Source: Takakia lepidozioides (Eukaryota > Plantae > Bryophyta). From it: a DNA stretch of 64,000 nucleotides. The stretch covers positions 44,578,001 to 44,642,000 of the forward strand of contig CM060733.1 in the NCBI GenBank assembly GCA_030704615.1, given 5' to 3'. This document shows positions 36,333 to 48,099 of this stretch, piece by piece. Numbering within the stretch: position 1 is the first letter of the stretch; each line of letters begins with the position of its first letter. A model generated the notes under the pieces. It ran no database searches. It saw only the letters and a list, made by a program, of their open reading frames with translations, and was not told where the DNA came from. Position numbers and translations under genes: made by a program.

Positions 36333-37412
36333 AGAATTTCATCGTTCTAACCAAAATGGAGGCAAATAATTCAATTTATGTAAATTTCTACTTGAATCCC
36401 CTGTAAGGAGAACTGTCCGCTGATCTATTAATAGACACAAGACTTATTTTGTCAATTCAACCAATCTTGTGAGAGCCAAATTTGATTCCTTCTCATGAGC
36501 TCGACTATAATAATAACTCTACCTATTATGATTTTACATTACCATGGATATATTGAATAGTTTGAATTCCAAACAATTTCTTCATACATACAACAATAGG
36601 CTTTCTAAATTTGGTGATGCCAAGTCCAATTCGACTTATCTTTCAGTTGCATAATAATGTTCTACAACATCTAAATTGTTTTTGTGTGGCATTGTGTTTA
36701 TAATACATCACCTTTTCAATCTTTTACTTAGTTTGTCTCATACAATCAAGTAAATCTCTTTCTGACCCCCCTTGTAACCACTAATGCTAAACTTCATATA
36801 TCTTTCTATACACTGTTCAATTCAACGTTAGATGTTATCTTTCATGGTTAAGAGATTCTTGTGCAAACATGGGATTTTGTGTCCATACATTTCTTAGTTA
36901 CAGTTCCACTTACATGCAAAAATATACATTATAAACCTTTAAAAAATGAGATTCAAACACTATTAGTATTATCATCTCTCTATATCTCTCAAAGGGTGCA
37001 AATCATTATATTAATATATTTAGTTTTATTAAAATAACACAAATATTATTTTTTATGACAATTTAATTCTAGATGCCCTTCTTGATCTCATTGGTATATG
37101 AGCTCAAAACTATATACCAGGATATTGAAGACTGCCAACAAAAAGTTGAATAGACACTCAAATGTTCAAATTTGCCACTTGTCATTTTTTAATTAGTTCA
37201 TCCCTTTTATCCTTTCATGGGATCTTTTGACAATTATTACTTTTATTACATAAGTATTTTATCCCCAGTATAATATACATATATAAATCAAACTATATAT
37301 TTAAATTAAAAATCAAAAAGATATTATCTATAATTTGATGACTAGGGGGGGGGGAGGGGGGGGACTGCAAACCTGGAGTAACCATTAAAATATTTAAAAC
37401 GGTTCTTCCTTA

Positions 37413-38090
37413 TTAACCCTTAAGTGTCAAAACTCATTTTTACCCTCTCGTGGAAAAACATGATCCTGGCCCACAAAAACAAAATTATCTATAGAATCTC
37501 TGTGTCCCTGTAAAACTGACCGTTGGAATTACTTCCCACCTACCCCACCTCCTACCACAAAAAGTTTCACCAAAATCCAACTGCCAGATCTGCAGATTAT
37601 GAAGTGTAGAGTGGGGACAAAAATAAATCTCCACTAAGAACTAGGTGCCAAAAAAAGCAGTTTCTTGGGCATTTTTAATTTTTTCTGTTTGGGAGTCTCA
37701 AGAATATTGTTCCATATATGATAACACACATTCTCATAAAATTTCAGTTTTTTCTGAAATGTTCTCAAGTGGGCTCCGTTGTAGTGACAAATTGGGGGAT
37801 TCAAATATGCCATTTTCTTTGGGCAGGCCAAAATCTCTCTTCCTAAAATTATACAAAAAAAATCAGCCTGTCAATCCCTTATCCTTCCTGTTGAAATGTC
37901 ATGGGCTTCCATATGAAGTCCCCGAAAAACTTTGAGGCCAATCAGCCAATGCACCGCATCCTTAGGTTCCCTGCCCAAGACTTAAAATGGCACACCTTTG
38001 GTATAGCCTGCAGGCCTAGGATATTTGGAGCCGTAGCCCAGAAGGGCACGGGGTTTGGGAGCTCCTCTGACTACCCGGCCCTGCTTTCAT
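37413..38090 (+). mobile_element. piggyBac-like terminal/subterminal segment
   Basis: Starts TTAA-CCCTTAAG. Similar in blocks to the reverse complement of 16400-16594. Confidence 0.45.
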
Positions 38091-38093
38091 GGG

Positions 38094-38900
38094 GGCCCAA
38101 CAAGGTGACTCTAACTTGCATTTTCAACGCATGTGCCAGCCTAGGAGCCCTGGGAAAAGGCAAAGAGGTCCATGCCTACATTAGCAAAGCTGGACTTGTG
38201 GTAGATATCATTCTAGAGACTGCCCTTGTTGACATGTATGCCAAATATGGGAGCATGAAGGATGCTCGTCAAGTATTTGAAAGTATGCCTCAACGAAATG
38301 TGGTCTCATGGAGTGCGATGATGGCAGGATGTGCCCAACATGGGTGTACTAAGGAGGCTGTGCAACTATTTGAACAAATGCAAGAAGAAGGATTGATCCC
38401 AGACTGTGTCATCTTCACTTCTCTTCTCTCCGCATGTAGCCATGTCGGGCTAGTGGATGAAGGCCTTCAATACTTTGATTCCATGAGCCGACATTATGGC
38501 CTCACTCCTACACTGGAGCATTTTGGTTGTATGGTGGACCTCCTAGGTCGTGGAGGACAATTGAACAAGGCAGAGGACTTCATTAACAAAATGCCAATTG
38601 AAGCAGATGCCTTAGTGTGGGGGGCTTTTCTTAGTGCCTGCAGAGTTCATGGCAATGTGGACTTTGCACAACGCGCGGCAAAATGCCTTCTCAAGTGGGA
38701 TCTCCGTCATGGTAAGGTAGAAAATGTCTATGGTGCAGCTGGCAGGGTAAGGTAAAGATATGGAGAATGATGGCAGACGTTCATCGATAAAGAGCCAGCG
38801 TACACCTGCATGGAGGTCGGCAGGTGTAGATGTCATTGTAGACGACAAATGGTGTCCACAACTTGCAAAAATTCATACTGAGCTGAAGAGAATAAGGTAT
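38094..38900 (+). pseudogene. PLS-class PPR gene fragment (P2-L2-S2-E region), truncated
   Basis: PNKVTLTCIFNACASLGALGKGKEVH, TALVDMYAK, NVVSWSAMMAG, FTSLLSACSHVGLVDEG, HFGCMVDLLGRGG and VWGAFLSACRVHG. The N-terminus is missing, the E domain has a deletion and a stop at 38755, and a degenerate tail follows. Confidence 0.85.
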
Positions 38901-39559
38901 GCATCTGACATGTGATTTGTAATGCATGGTGTGAAAGGGGACTTGAGAAACATGAAATTTGGACCCACCTCTAAGGCGTAGAAGTTACTATGCTCTTGTG
39001 ACATTTGAAGATTCACTCACCAACAAGCATGACTAAGCAGTGGGAGTTACATTCAAAGCGTGGGCCTGAAGATCTGGTGTGAGGAGCTGTGCTCTAGCAC
39101 CAGACCTTCAAAAGCATATGCATGGTATAAGAGTCCATAGGTATGGAAAAGTTTAATCTGTGGGACTGCCCAACTAGACTGTTCTTAGTGCATTCTGTTG
39201 TAAACAGTGTTGTGTTGCTTTTCAAGCTTGAACATGAATAATCTAAAGGAAAGCAGAGCTAAAAATCTGACAGGGAAAGTGATGCTCTTTTTAAAGAAAC
39301 TTGATGTTGCAGATACAAGGCTTGGTGCTTTCAGTAACCTTGTTATCGTATGTGAAAAGGTAAATACCTTTGCAAAATGTGCGAGATCTCTCACGGCTAT
39401 CATTACCAACAAATGACAACTTGAATCCAACTCAGCACTTGCTTTCCCCGTTGGGTACCCATGGATACCATGTGGTACCCTTAGCCCCATGGGTACCATC
39501 ACCCCATAGGTCACTAGGTGTCTTCTGGATACTATTTTGTATTCGTATAGGGCCTACCC

Positions 39560-39638
39560 CTGAAAAGAGGCAGTAGCCGCAAGGTGAAGTGGCTCCTTGT
39601 TACGCCGGCTTCGCTCGGAGTATTCTCTCTCTCTCTCT
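39560..39638 (+). mobile_element. Short retroposed 3'-end element with (CT)n tail (same family as 13325-13407)
   Basis: TGAAAAGAGGCAGTAGCCGCAAGGTGAAGTGGCTC...GTTACGCCGGCTTCG...GGAGT.TTCTCTCTC aligns to 13329-13407. Confidence 0.7.
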
Positions 39639-39985
39639 TGGGAGACATCCCTCTGTTGAGGAGGTGGAGTACGCCAAGATCCATGGGTACGCCTCATTAC
39701 ACGTATAAAGGCATGTAAGATGCCCAAGAATATGATGAGGAAGAAGAGTGGCGATAGTGAGGGTAGCGAGAGTGATGATAGTCATGTGAGTGAGAGTGAG
39801 ACTGACGGTGATGGTGACCCCGATGGTGATGACAGTAGTGAGGGATCTAGCCCCGGGAGTTCGGAGGGCCAGGGTAAGTAGTAGGGATGATGTACACGAC
39901 GTTTGAGGTCAATTTTATATATATATACGCATGCACATGATGTGGTGTTCTCTCATTTATACTAAATATGCACAATCCCCATATT

Positions 39986-40010
39986 CCCTAAACCTAACCC
40001 TAACCCTAAA
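39986..40010 (+). repeat. Short interstitial telomere-like repeat
   Basis: CCCTAAA CCTAA CCCTAA CCCTAAA. Confidence 0.6.
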
Positions 40011-40029
40011 TTCCCAATCCTAATTCGGG

Positions 40030-40600
40030 CCTGGTGCGACCTCCTAGACATCGCAAATCTACAAAACAAAAGAAACCAGACACTCTGCGACGCCCAGGGG
40101 GCCGCCTTAAATTCGTTTTGAAAAAATAACTGTCGTAGGTTTAATGCGACGCCCGATAGAGGCCACCCATATATTTTCTTTTAAAAAAATGCGTCGCAGG
40201 TTTACTGCGACGCCCTTTCATCGCACCAGGAACACATATTGGCCCCCCCAACAGCGTCGCAGGTTTACTGCGATGCTCATGCCGTCACAGGCGGGGCTCC
40301 CAAAAGGAAAAATAAATAAAATTACAATAATTCGATAGGAAAAAAAAAACAAAAAAAAACAAAAAACAATTACCCGAAAGGCGTCACAGATGCGAGCACC
40401 TTGAAAAAGAAAAATTCCAATTAAAAAAAAGTGAAAAGCATCGCAGTTTTATTGCGACGCAAGAAAAGTCGCAATAATGGATTAAATAATTTAGATAAAT
40501 ATACAATATTTATCTAAAAACATAAAATAAAAACAGTCGCACGGAAACGGCGATGGCAGGGACGACGCATGGCGGGAGCGATGCACAGAGCGTCGCTTAG
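40030..40600. repeat. TGCGACG subterminal-type repeat cluster in the inverted-repeat spacer
   Basis: Repeated TGCGACG/CGTCGCA units separated by A-rich tracts. Confidence 0.55.
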
Positions 40601-40906
40601 AAGTATTAGACCCACACTTGGAGCTGATCCGGATTAATCACTGCTTCGTTCTTACTATAATACTAAACAGCTGCACCTTCACATGAAGATACACCTGTTG
40701 TTTTAAGTGTTTAATACATGGGCAATACCCCCTAATAATGTCTGGATAATATCAAGAGCCTAAACATAATTACCAATGGCTACTTAGTCAGGTACCGTGG
40801 CACTTCAGGGCGGCAGCCCTACCGTCATCGATTGATCTTGCATCCAACGCTCTGCATGTCGCCGTCCCTTCACAATCCGTTATGCCCTAATATCGTTCAT
40901 CCGTGA

Positions 40907-41289
40907 CTTCATCCGTGTTACTTAGTCAAAGACAACGCCACATACTTATCGATGAAGATCTCCGTCACTCCTTATTCATATTTCGTTCATCCACCTTGAT
41001 GCCAACCGCACTTTGCACCCCTAACTTCATTCATCCGTGTCCCCATACCTCCATCCGCACCAAGTTTGGTACCATGTTAAGGATACATTCATCTATTTGC
41101 CCCTTCATCCGTGTTACTTAGTCAAAGACAACGCCACATACTTATCGATGAAGATCTCCGTTCATATTTCGTTCATCCACCTTGATGCCAACCGCACTTC
41201 GCACCCCTAACTTCATTCATCCGTATCCCCATACCTCCATCCGCACCAAGTTTGGTACCATGTTAAGGATACATTCATCTATTTGCCCC
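40907..41289 (+). repeat. Tandem duplication of a ~196-bp unit
   Basis: Units start at 40907 and 41103 (CTTCATCCGTGTTACTTAGTCAAAGAC...). The second has a short deletion. Confidence 0.9.
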
Positions 41290-41412
41290 CCAGCTCATCA
41301 CTTGTTTGCAAAATCTAGGAGTTTTATGTCACCAGTCTTTACAGGGGATTCAAGTAGAAATTTACATAAATTGAATTTTTTGCCTCCATTTTGGTTAGAA
41401 TGATGAAATTCT

Positions 41413-41596
41413 GACAATCAGTATGTAGCCCAGTGGTAAGGGCACATACCCTCTCACGAGTGGTTGTGGGTTCAATCCACTTGTTGGAAGTCATTACAGT
41501 GTCCACCTTCCCACCGGAAGGCAATAGTCCTATGGGGTCAAGTGACACAATAAATTACGCTTGCTTCGGCAACGCGTCCATTTCTTTCTTTTTTTG
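41413..41596 (+). mobile_element. tRNA-derived SINE (mirror of the 36149 copy)
   Basis: Same body as the 36149 copy. TSD GATGAAATTCT (41402-41412) / GATGAAATCCT (41597-41607). Confidence 0.85.
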
Positions 41597-44500
41597 GATG
41601 AAATCCTTTTTGGACGTAGTAGGAATCATTCAAGGAACAATTCCATTCACTCCTACATTTGGAGGGGGTCTGCGATGCCCAACACCCCGGAGATTGCAAA
41701 GTCTGCGATGAAACCGTTTGGGTCCAATCTGCGACACCCCAGGCATTGCAAATTGCGACGAAACCACCGAGGGCCAATCTGCGACGTTTTTCTGTCGCAA
41801 GATTAAACACTTGGATTTGCAAAAAAAAACCTTATTTTTTTTGCGACACTTAAAGGTCGGTATGGCAACGTTTTGTGACCCCTGCGACTCCTTGCGACCC
41901 CCTAGCTCTAGGCGTCGCAGATGCTCCAAAACGTCGCAATTATTTTGCGACCCCTGTGGTTCGCAGATGCCCATTGACATGTTGTATAATGAATGTATCT
42001 AAAATTTCTATGAACCTCTAATTTATATGATCCACTAATGTTGGGAGGTTCTTTGATTCAATTACAAACCCCCAGCGATTATCAAGAATATTATGTGGAT
42101 AAATAACCGCAGATCTCATAAAAACAAAGAACCGGCAATGGCTCATGACCACCGGCTACATAGTTTTGAAATAACTTGTGTGAAATCCAAGAAAGATCTG
42201 TCGGTTATTAGGTGAAAACCGCCGGTTCTTTGAGATTCTTATTTTCAACCGAAACCAAAGGGTTCTTTCCATAAAAATATATATGAGAAACCTAGAACCG
42301 GAGGTTCTTTGATTATAAATTTTTGATAGAACCGGAACATGAGGTTATGAATGAAGTCAAATTACTGCCATATTGGTTACAACGTCGAGTTATAGTTGCA
42401 GTACATTGTTTAAGTAACATATTTATTTATTTATTTATATACATAGATAGATTTGTAGGTTAGATTTAATATATTGTGAATATATCTATTTAATATATAT
42501 ATATATATATATTATTGTATAGTAACTATATGATCTATTATTGATAACGTGATGTTACATTACATGCGTGTGAAAAACGACAATGAAAACGGGATATAAA
42601 ATCTTACAGATATAGTTCATTCTACCGACTACCAAAGGTCGGAAGCTAGTTTAGCGTAGAGCAGGAATAGGGTGCCATAGTGCCACGCTTTCGTCGCCAT
42701 GTCACCAAACTTGGTGACAAACTACAATTATATACCCCGTATCAGCCCGTAAATTCTCAGGTCCATCAGTGGTAAAAAAGTTGCTCATTTTGCCATTCGT
42801 CATAATTTCGCTACATAGAGATTTTGTTGTATTTTGGAAATCAAATCCCTAGTGGTGGCTCTTGGGTCTTTGACCTTGTCACTAAGTCATAGGTTGTCCG
42901 GAGTCCCCTCCAATTGTCTCGCACTGCTTAACAAGTCCACGCTTCGCCGTTTGAAGTCGTCATGACCTGTTGTCGTTCCGATGCAGCCTTTCGCTTTGTT
43001 GCGATATTTCATCGGTGGACATGTATGTTGCTTCTTCCAATTGTCAAGCTCCTCGCCATGTGTTCCTATTGGACTTGAAAGGCGGGAGAAAATAGAGATC
43101 GCAATTTGGGATTGGAACACACGTTGTTTGAACATGATTACCTTGTCATTTCTAGTACCGAATTGGCAGCCTAACCTACTGTCGATGCAGCTTCCTACGG
43201 TCATCTTGACGCTAGATCTCCACTCTTCGGTCGTCGTAGACACTGTCTAATTTCCTACGTGTTTTACCAAATATTTCCAGATAACTAACAAATTATCATA
43301 TTTTGGCAGTACAATGTTGAAACCGCTTGTCTTATGATAAAAAACAATCTGAAAAGAAAGTTGTACTAATATATGCTTATACATATATGGCGACCAATGG
43401 GGAACACTCGTCCCGAGTGTAAAAGAATCCAGGATCTCTGGTTCGCAAAATCCCCCTACTACGGTATCTGTGATATCCCTTGGAGTCAACGACTCCCTTG
43501 AGTAACATGAAAAAGATAAAGAATAATTTCCCTTAGGCTCTTCCTCTTCGAAGAGAGTTCAGGTCTTCCGGGAGAGAGGAAGAAAAATAAAAGAAAAAAC
43601 CAATAAATGTTTCAAAACCACCCAACTCGCCATCTTCGGAAAGAGTTGGAGCTTCCAGATAAAAAATACTTCAAAACCGCCATTCTCCCCCACCGGACTG
43701 GGTTTGAATCCCCAAGATTATGTAAAAGAGATATGCGCGGTGCAAATTGATGATTCTATTCTAAAATAGCCTTGGAAGGACTATGGTTCTACACTACTTT
43801 GACATGGCTTGCAAGGACCTCTCCTAGATTTGCAAAGCTTATGGTAAAACACTCAATGTGAACTACGACCTCAACTCAAATCCGGAAGGGTTTTAAAAAA
43901 AGCTCATAAACATGATGCTTCTGGGAGTCATAATCAGTGGTTCCCGTGTCAATAGAAAAGATTGGATACCCGAGGACCCTACCTATAAAGTAAACGCACC
44001 ATTTCTAACTACAGTCTAACTATGTTCATGACTCGCAGTGACCTCTCATGGATTTCGCAGAGCTCATGATTAAATTTTTGACCTTGAAATAATTGGATCC
44101 TTTTTGAACCTCAGAGGACCATACTTTGGAATAACGTATCATTCTATCTACTGAAAAGAGGTCATAGGCCCTTCTGGTTTTCCTGCGCCTGACGTCCTTC
44201 ACTTATGTGAAGGGGGCAGCAACCATTGCTCTACAACTCACCCTTTACCCCCTCACTGCTTTTGGCTTTTCTATCTCTACAAGGAATGTTGCAGCAGGGT
44301 AAGGTGAAAATGACAGAAGTTTTAAGGTTAGAATCCCCGTGCGGGAAGTCGAGTGCTCCGTGCAGGGAGCATCAGTATATTGCAGAATGCTTAATACAAC
44401 AAGCATTTACTTTTTCTCGAGATATGTTTGAGCATACACAAATATATTCTGTGATAAAGACAAATGATGATCCACAGTGTGCATTGAACAAGAGTGCATA

Positions 44501-45059
44501 TATTAGCCATCTCATTACTCCCATTTCTGCACCTGTGATTCTTAACTTGGTGAAGAAAGAAAAGAAACTCACAACACATGATTAGTAACGAAGATGTATG
44601 AAGTCTTCTACTTGGCAATTGGATGGTCATAGCTTTCATAGCTTATGTCATATCAAACAAATTCTAATTCTACAATGTGGGTTAGATTACTGCACTCTAT
44701 GTGCCCCGCATCCCAAGGTCCGTCCTTATGGATTCCAATATCTACCCAAAAAATCACACTAGAGAAACAAATCACATCTTTAAAACAACTGCGTTGCCCC
44801 GCATCCCAAGATCTATCCTTGGAACTCCAAGAAAAGGTGTTCAATAACCTAATTAGGTAAGAGCTCTACTGACTTCTTCCCAGTGGAGAAGTTTCATTGG
44901 ATTATTGCAACTTAATTGCCCCGCACTCCACCTCACTATGGAGCTCCAATAACCAATGAGTCAATGGACAGGAAACACCAACATTTCCTTCCCGACAAAC
45001 TGGGACGAAATCCTAAATATCTCTCCCTTAATGGGAGGAAATTCATTGATTAATGGAAC

Positions 45060-46300
45060 TCACATGTAGTAGTGTTTACACCAGGTACCGTTTACCAGGT
45101 TGGGGAACTCCACTCCCCTCAGTGTCTCCAATTGTAATGAGCCATTGTCAAAGACTGTCTCGACTAAGTATGGTCCCATCCAATATGAGTCAAACTTGGC
45201 TTTGAACTTCTTGTTCCGACTGTCGAATAATAATACCAGATCTCCTAGATCAAATATTCTCTTTTTGTGCTTAAAATCGAAGCGAACTTTCATTTGTCGT
45301 TGCACTGCCTTAATGTGATGTGTTGCCGCTTGCCAGAGTTCATCCAGTCCATCCAACATCTTCAGTCATTCCTTTAATGACTCGGACGTCGCCAGTCGTT
45401 CGGTGATGGCCAGTCGTAACGATGGAATTTCTATCTCGATTGGCATAATGGACTCTACCCCATAAACCAATGAAAATGAGGTGTGTCGAGTAGTTACCTT
45501 ATGGGTCGTGCGAAATGCCCACAAGACCGAGATCAACTTAATGTCCCAATCGCACTCACATGAAAAGGCCTGTTCCAATCCGGAGCCGCCAATACTAGGG
45601 CAGACACCAAATGTTGTTTGAGCATTTCAAAAGACTCCTTGACATCCGGTGTCCCCAAAATACTTGGTCCTTCTTCAATAATCGAGTCAGAGGTAAGCCT
45701 CTACTGCATACTTGTCCATAAATTTTGTATACCACCCTGTGTGGCCAATGAACCCTTTCACTTTAGAAGATGTCTCTGGTGCGGGAAGTTTAACTATGAC
45801 GCTCATCTTTGCTGGGCCTATCGTCACGCCATCTTTAGACACTATGTGCCCTAGTAGCAGTCCATGTGTGACTGCAAACACGCACTTCAGTGGGTTGAGA
45901 GAAATCTATCTTTGCACCGGATGAAGCACTCATGTCATGCTGCAATGTGATCCTTCGCATCTCCATTGCAACAAAAATCATCTAAAAAGATGACTAAATT
46001 CCTCTTTACGATGTCTGAGAAGGCATATGTCATGACCCTCTGAAATGTCAGGGGTGCGTTGCACAAACCAAAGGGCATCCTTGTGTAGGCAAATGTCCCC
46101 CAAGGTGGAGTAAACATGGTCTTCAACACGTCTTTTCGGATCAATCAACACTTGATTGTACCCTGAAAACCCATCCATGAAAGAGTAGACTCCTTCCCTG
46201 TTACTTCTTCAACCAAGGTATCTATGAATGACAAGGGGAAATGATCCTTGTGTGTTATCTTATTAAGGGGGCGGAAGTCCACGCATACCACCATAGGGCA
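45060..46300 (-). mobile_element. Deleted Ty3/Gypsy pol fragment
   Basis: DFRPLNK...DHFPLSFID, MDGFSGYNQV, MPFGLCNAPLTFQR, IFLDDF, and the integrase end WMGPYLV. Confidence 0.85.
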
Positions 46301-46959
46301 AATGAAGCGCTTTTGGGCTTTGAAACTCCTTCACTCGTCTCACCTGCAACCAACCCCAAAGCTATCAGCACAGTAACTTGTTTCCATGAAATTACAGATC
46401 AAACAAATCATGGGATGTTTAAACTCATGTCCTATATACTTGTCCAAGAGTGATTATAATGGGTAGAAAAGGCATGGCATTGGGCACTTCATCCACCTCT
46501 AACAGAAAAAATACTCAACAGCCAGGCAGTAGGCTCAGTAAATTCAATGGATGTTAAACAAACTATACTTTGCTTTATTTTGAAAGTTGAAATATATTTA
46601 GTGGTGGAAAGTTATACTCAAAAGGATTAGCAAGTCTGAAACCAATATATTTCTTAAGATTTGCTTGGTACAACCTAGTGACTTATGGTGTAACTTCGTC
46701 CTGAATCGTTACTGCCTTTCCTGTGGAAGGTAAACAAACACCTTTGCTGTAGGCAATGTGGGAGGATTTAGCGTGGGTTGTTTCAATACCTTTTTTTTCC
46801 ACAAGGCTACATTGTTAACAATTTCCTTGCCCACCAACCAATGACATGGCTCGGGCTCACACACAGAGCCCTCCAAGGGACTCTCACCACATCTCTATCT
46901 CAAGCTCTCCCAACTATCGTCATACGGACTATTTGCACGCTTCACACCTTTGCATACCC

Positions 46960-47770
46960 CACCCGGCGGTCCAATATATTTTTATTTTTTTTCATGTTTT
47001 TTTTCTTAAAATTAGGACTGATAAAGGTCATCCCAATTTTAATTTTAATTTTAATTTTCTTAAATTAAAATCGGGACCGCCAGTTCTGGCGGTCCCAATT
47101 TCTATTTATTTATTTTAGTAAGATTTGGACCGCCAGAGGTTGCGGTCCCCATTTTATTGTTTAAAAAAATCAAAATAAAGACCATTAGATGTGGTATATT
47201 ATTTTTATATTAAAATCGGGACCGCCAAAATTAGAGGTCCTAATTATTATTTAAATTTCTTTTCATTATAATTGGGACCGCCAAAGCTGGTGGTCCTTAT
47301 TTTTATTATTCCAATAAAATCGAGATAGCTAGCAGCTGACAATCCCAATTTTATCCACAAAAAGATCAAAAAACAAATCAGGACTGGCAACTCTAGTGGA
47401 CCTGATTTTATCCAGGAAGAAAAATAAAAAGTAAAAAGTAAAAACGAGACCGCCAGAGTTGGCGGTCCCAATTTTTTTAAATAATTTCTTAAAAATCAGG
47501 ACTGCTAGAGTTGGTGGTCCCGATTTATCAAGCATTTCTTTAAAATTACAGGGCCACATGAGCTGGCGGTCCCAATTTATTTTCTGGGACAGCTATAGCT
47601 GGTGGTCCCGATTTCTTAAATGTCTTCTTAAAAAATCTGGATCGCCAGAGGTGGCGGGCCTGATTTTATTAAATAAGTTCTCTTTAAAAAACGGTACCGC
47701 CAGAGCTGGCGGTCTCGATCTATTAAAAAAAAAAAATTAAATTTGTGACTGCTTGATCTAACCATCCCAA
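46960..47770. repeat. Array of palindromic GGGACCGCCAG-N-CTGGCGGTCCC units with AT-rich spacers
   Basis: About 13-15 degenerate hairpin units at ~50-65 bp spacing, e.g. 47069-47101. Confidence 0.8.
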
Positions 47771-48099
47771 ATTTTTAAGAATTTGTTTTTAAACAAAAAC
47801 TTTTTAACCACCAAATATGACATGACGGCTTGTGAGGCATGATTCCGGCGCTATGGGTTGGTTCATCTTACTCTACCGAGGCCAATTTTGCTAGGGGAAT
47901 GTAGTCGGTAGACGAGCCAGACAGAGAAGACGGAATCTTACGCAGAAGATGCAACAGACTAAAACGTCCACACAACTTTCATGCAAGCACTTGAGCACGC
48001 CGTCACTCCACAGTAGTACAAAGATGAAAGCAAAACCACCCTTACTGCCACGGCAGTGAAGTTTAAATAGCATTAGGTCATAATCCAATCTTTGTGTCA

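Larger units (their letters stand above)
31210..36406 (+). repeat. Left arm (~5.2 kb) of a large inverted repeat
   Basis: Collinear reverse complement of 41339-46816 from AACAATGTAGCCTTGTGG to CTTGAATCCCCTGTAA. One 80-bp spot check gave 6 mismatches. Confidence 0.92.
41339..46816 (-). repeat. Right arm (~5.5 kb) of the large inverted repeat
   Basis: Reverse complement of 31210-36406, with an extra ~270-bp RT segment (~46125-46395) absent from the left arm. Confidence 0.92.

Noticed and set aside
37344-37363. Poly-G run as a functional G-quadruplex
   Set aside because: An isolated homopolymer in AT-rich TE DNA with no supporting context.
46960-47770. Second CRISPR-like or terminator-like hairpin array
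   Set aside because: The repeats are degenerate with low-complexity A/T spacers in a eukaryotic TE context.
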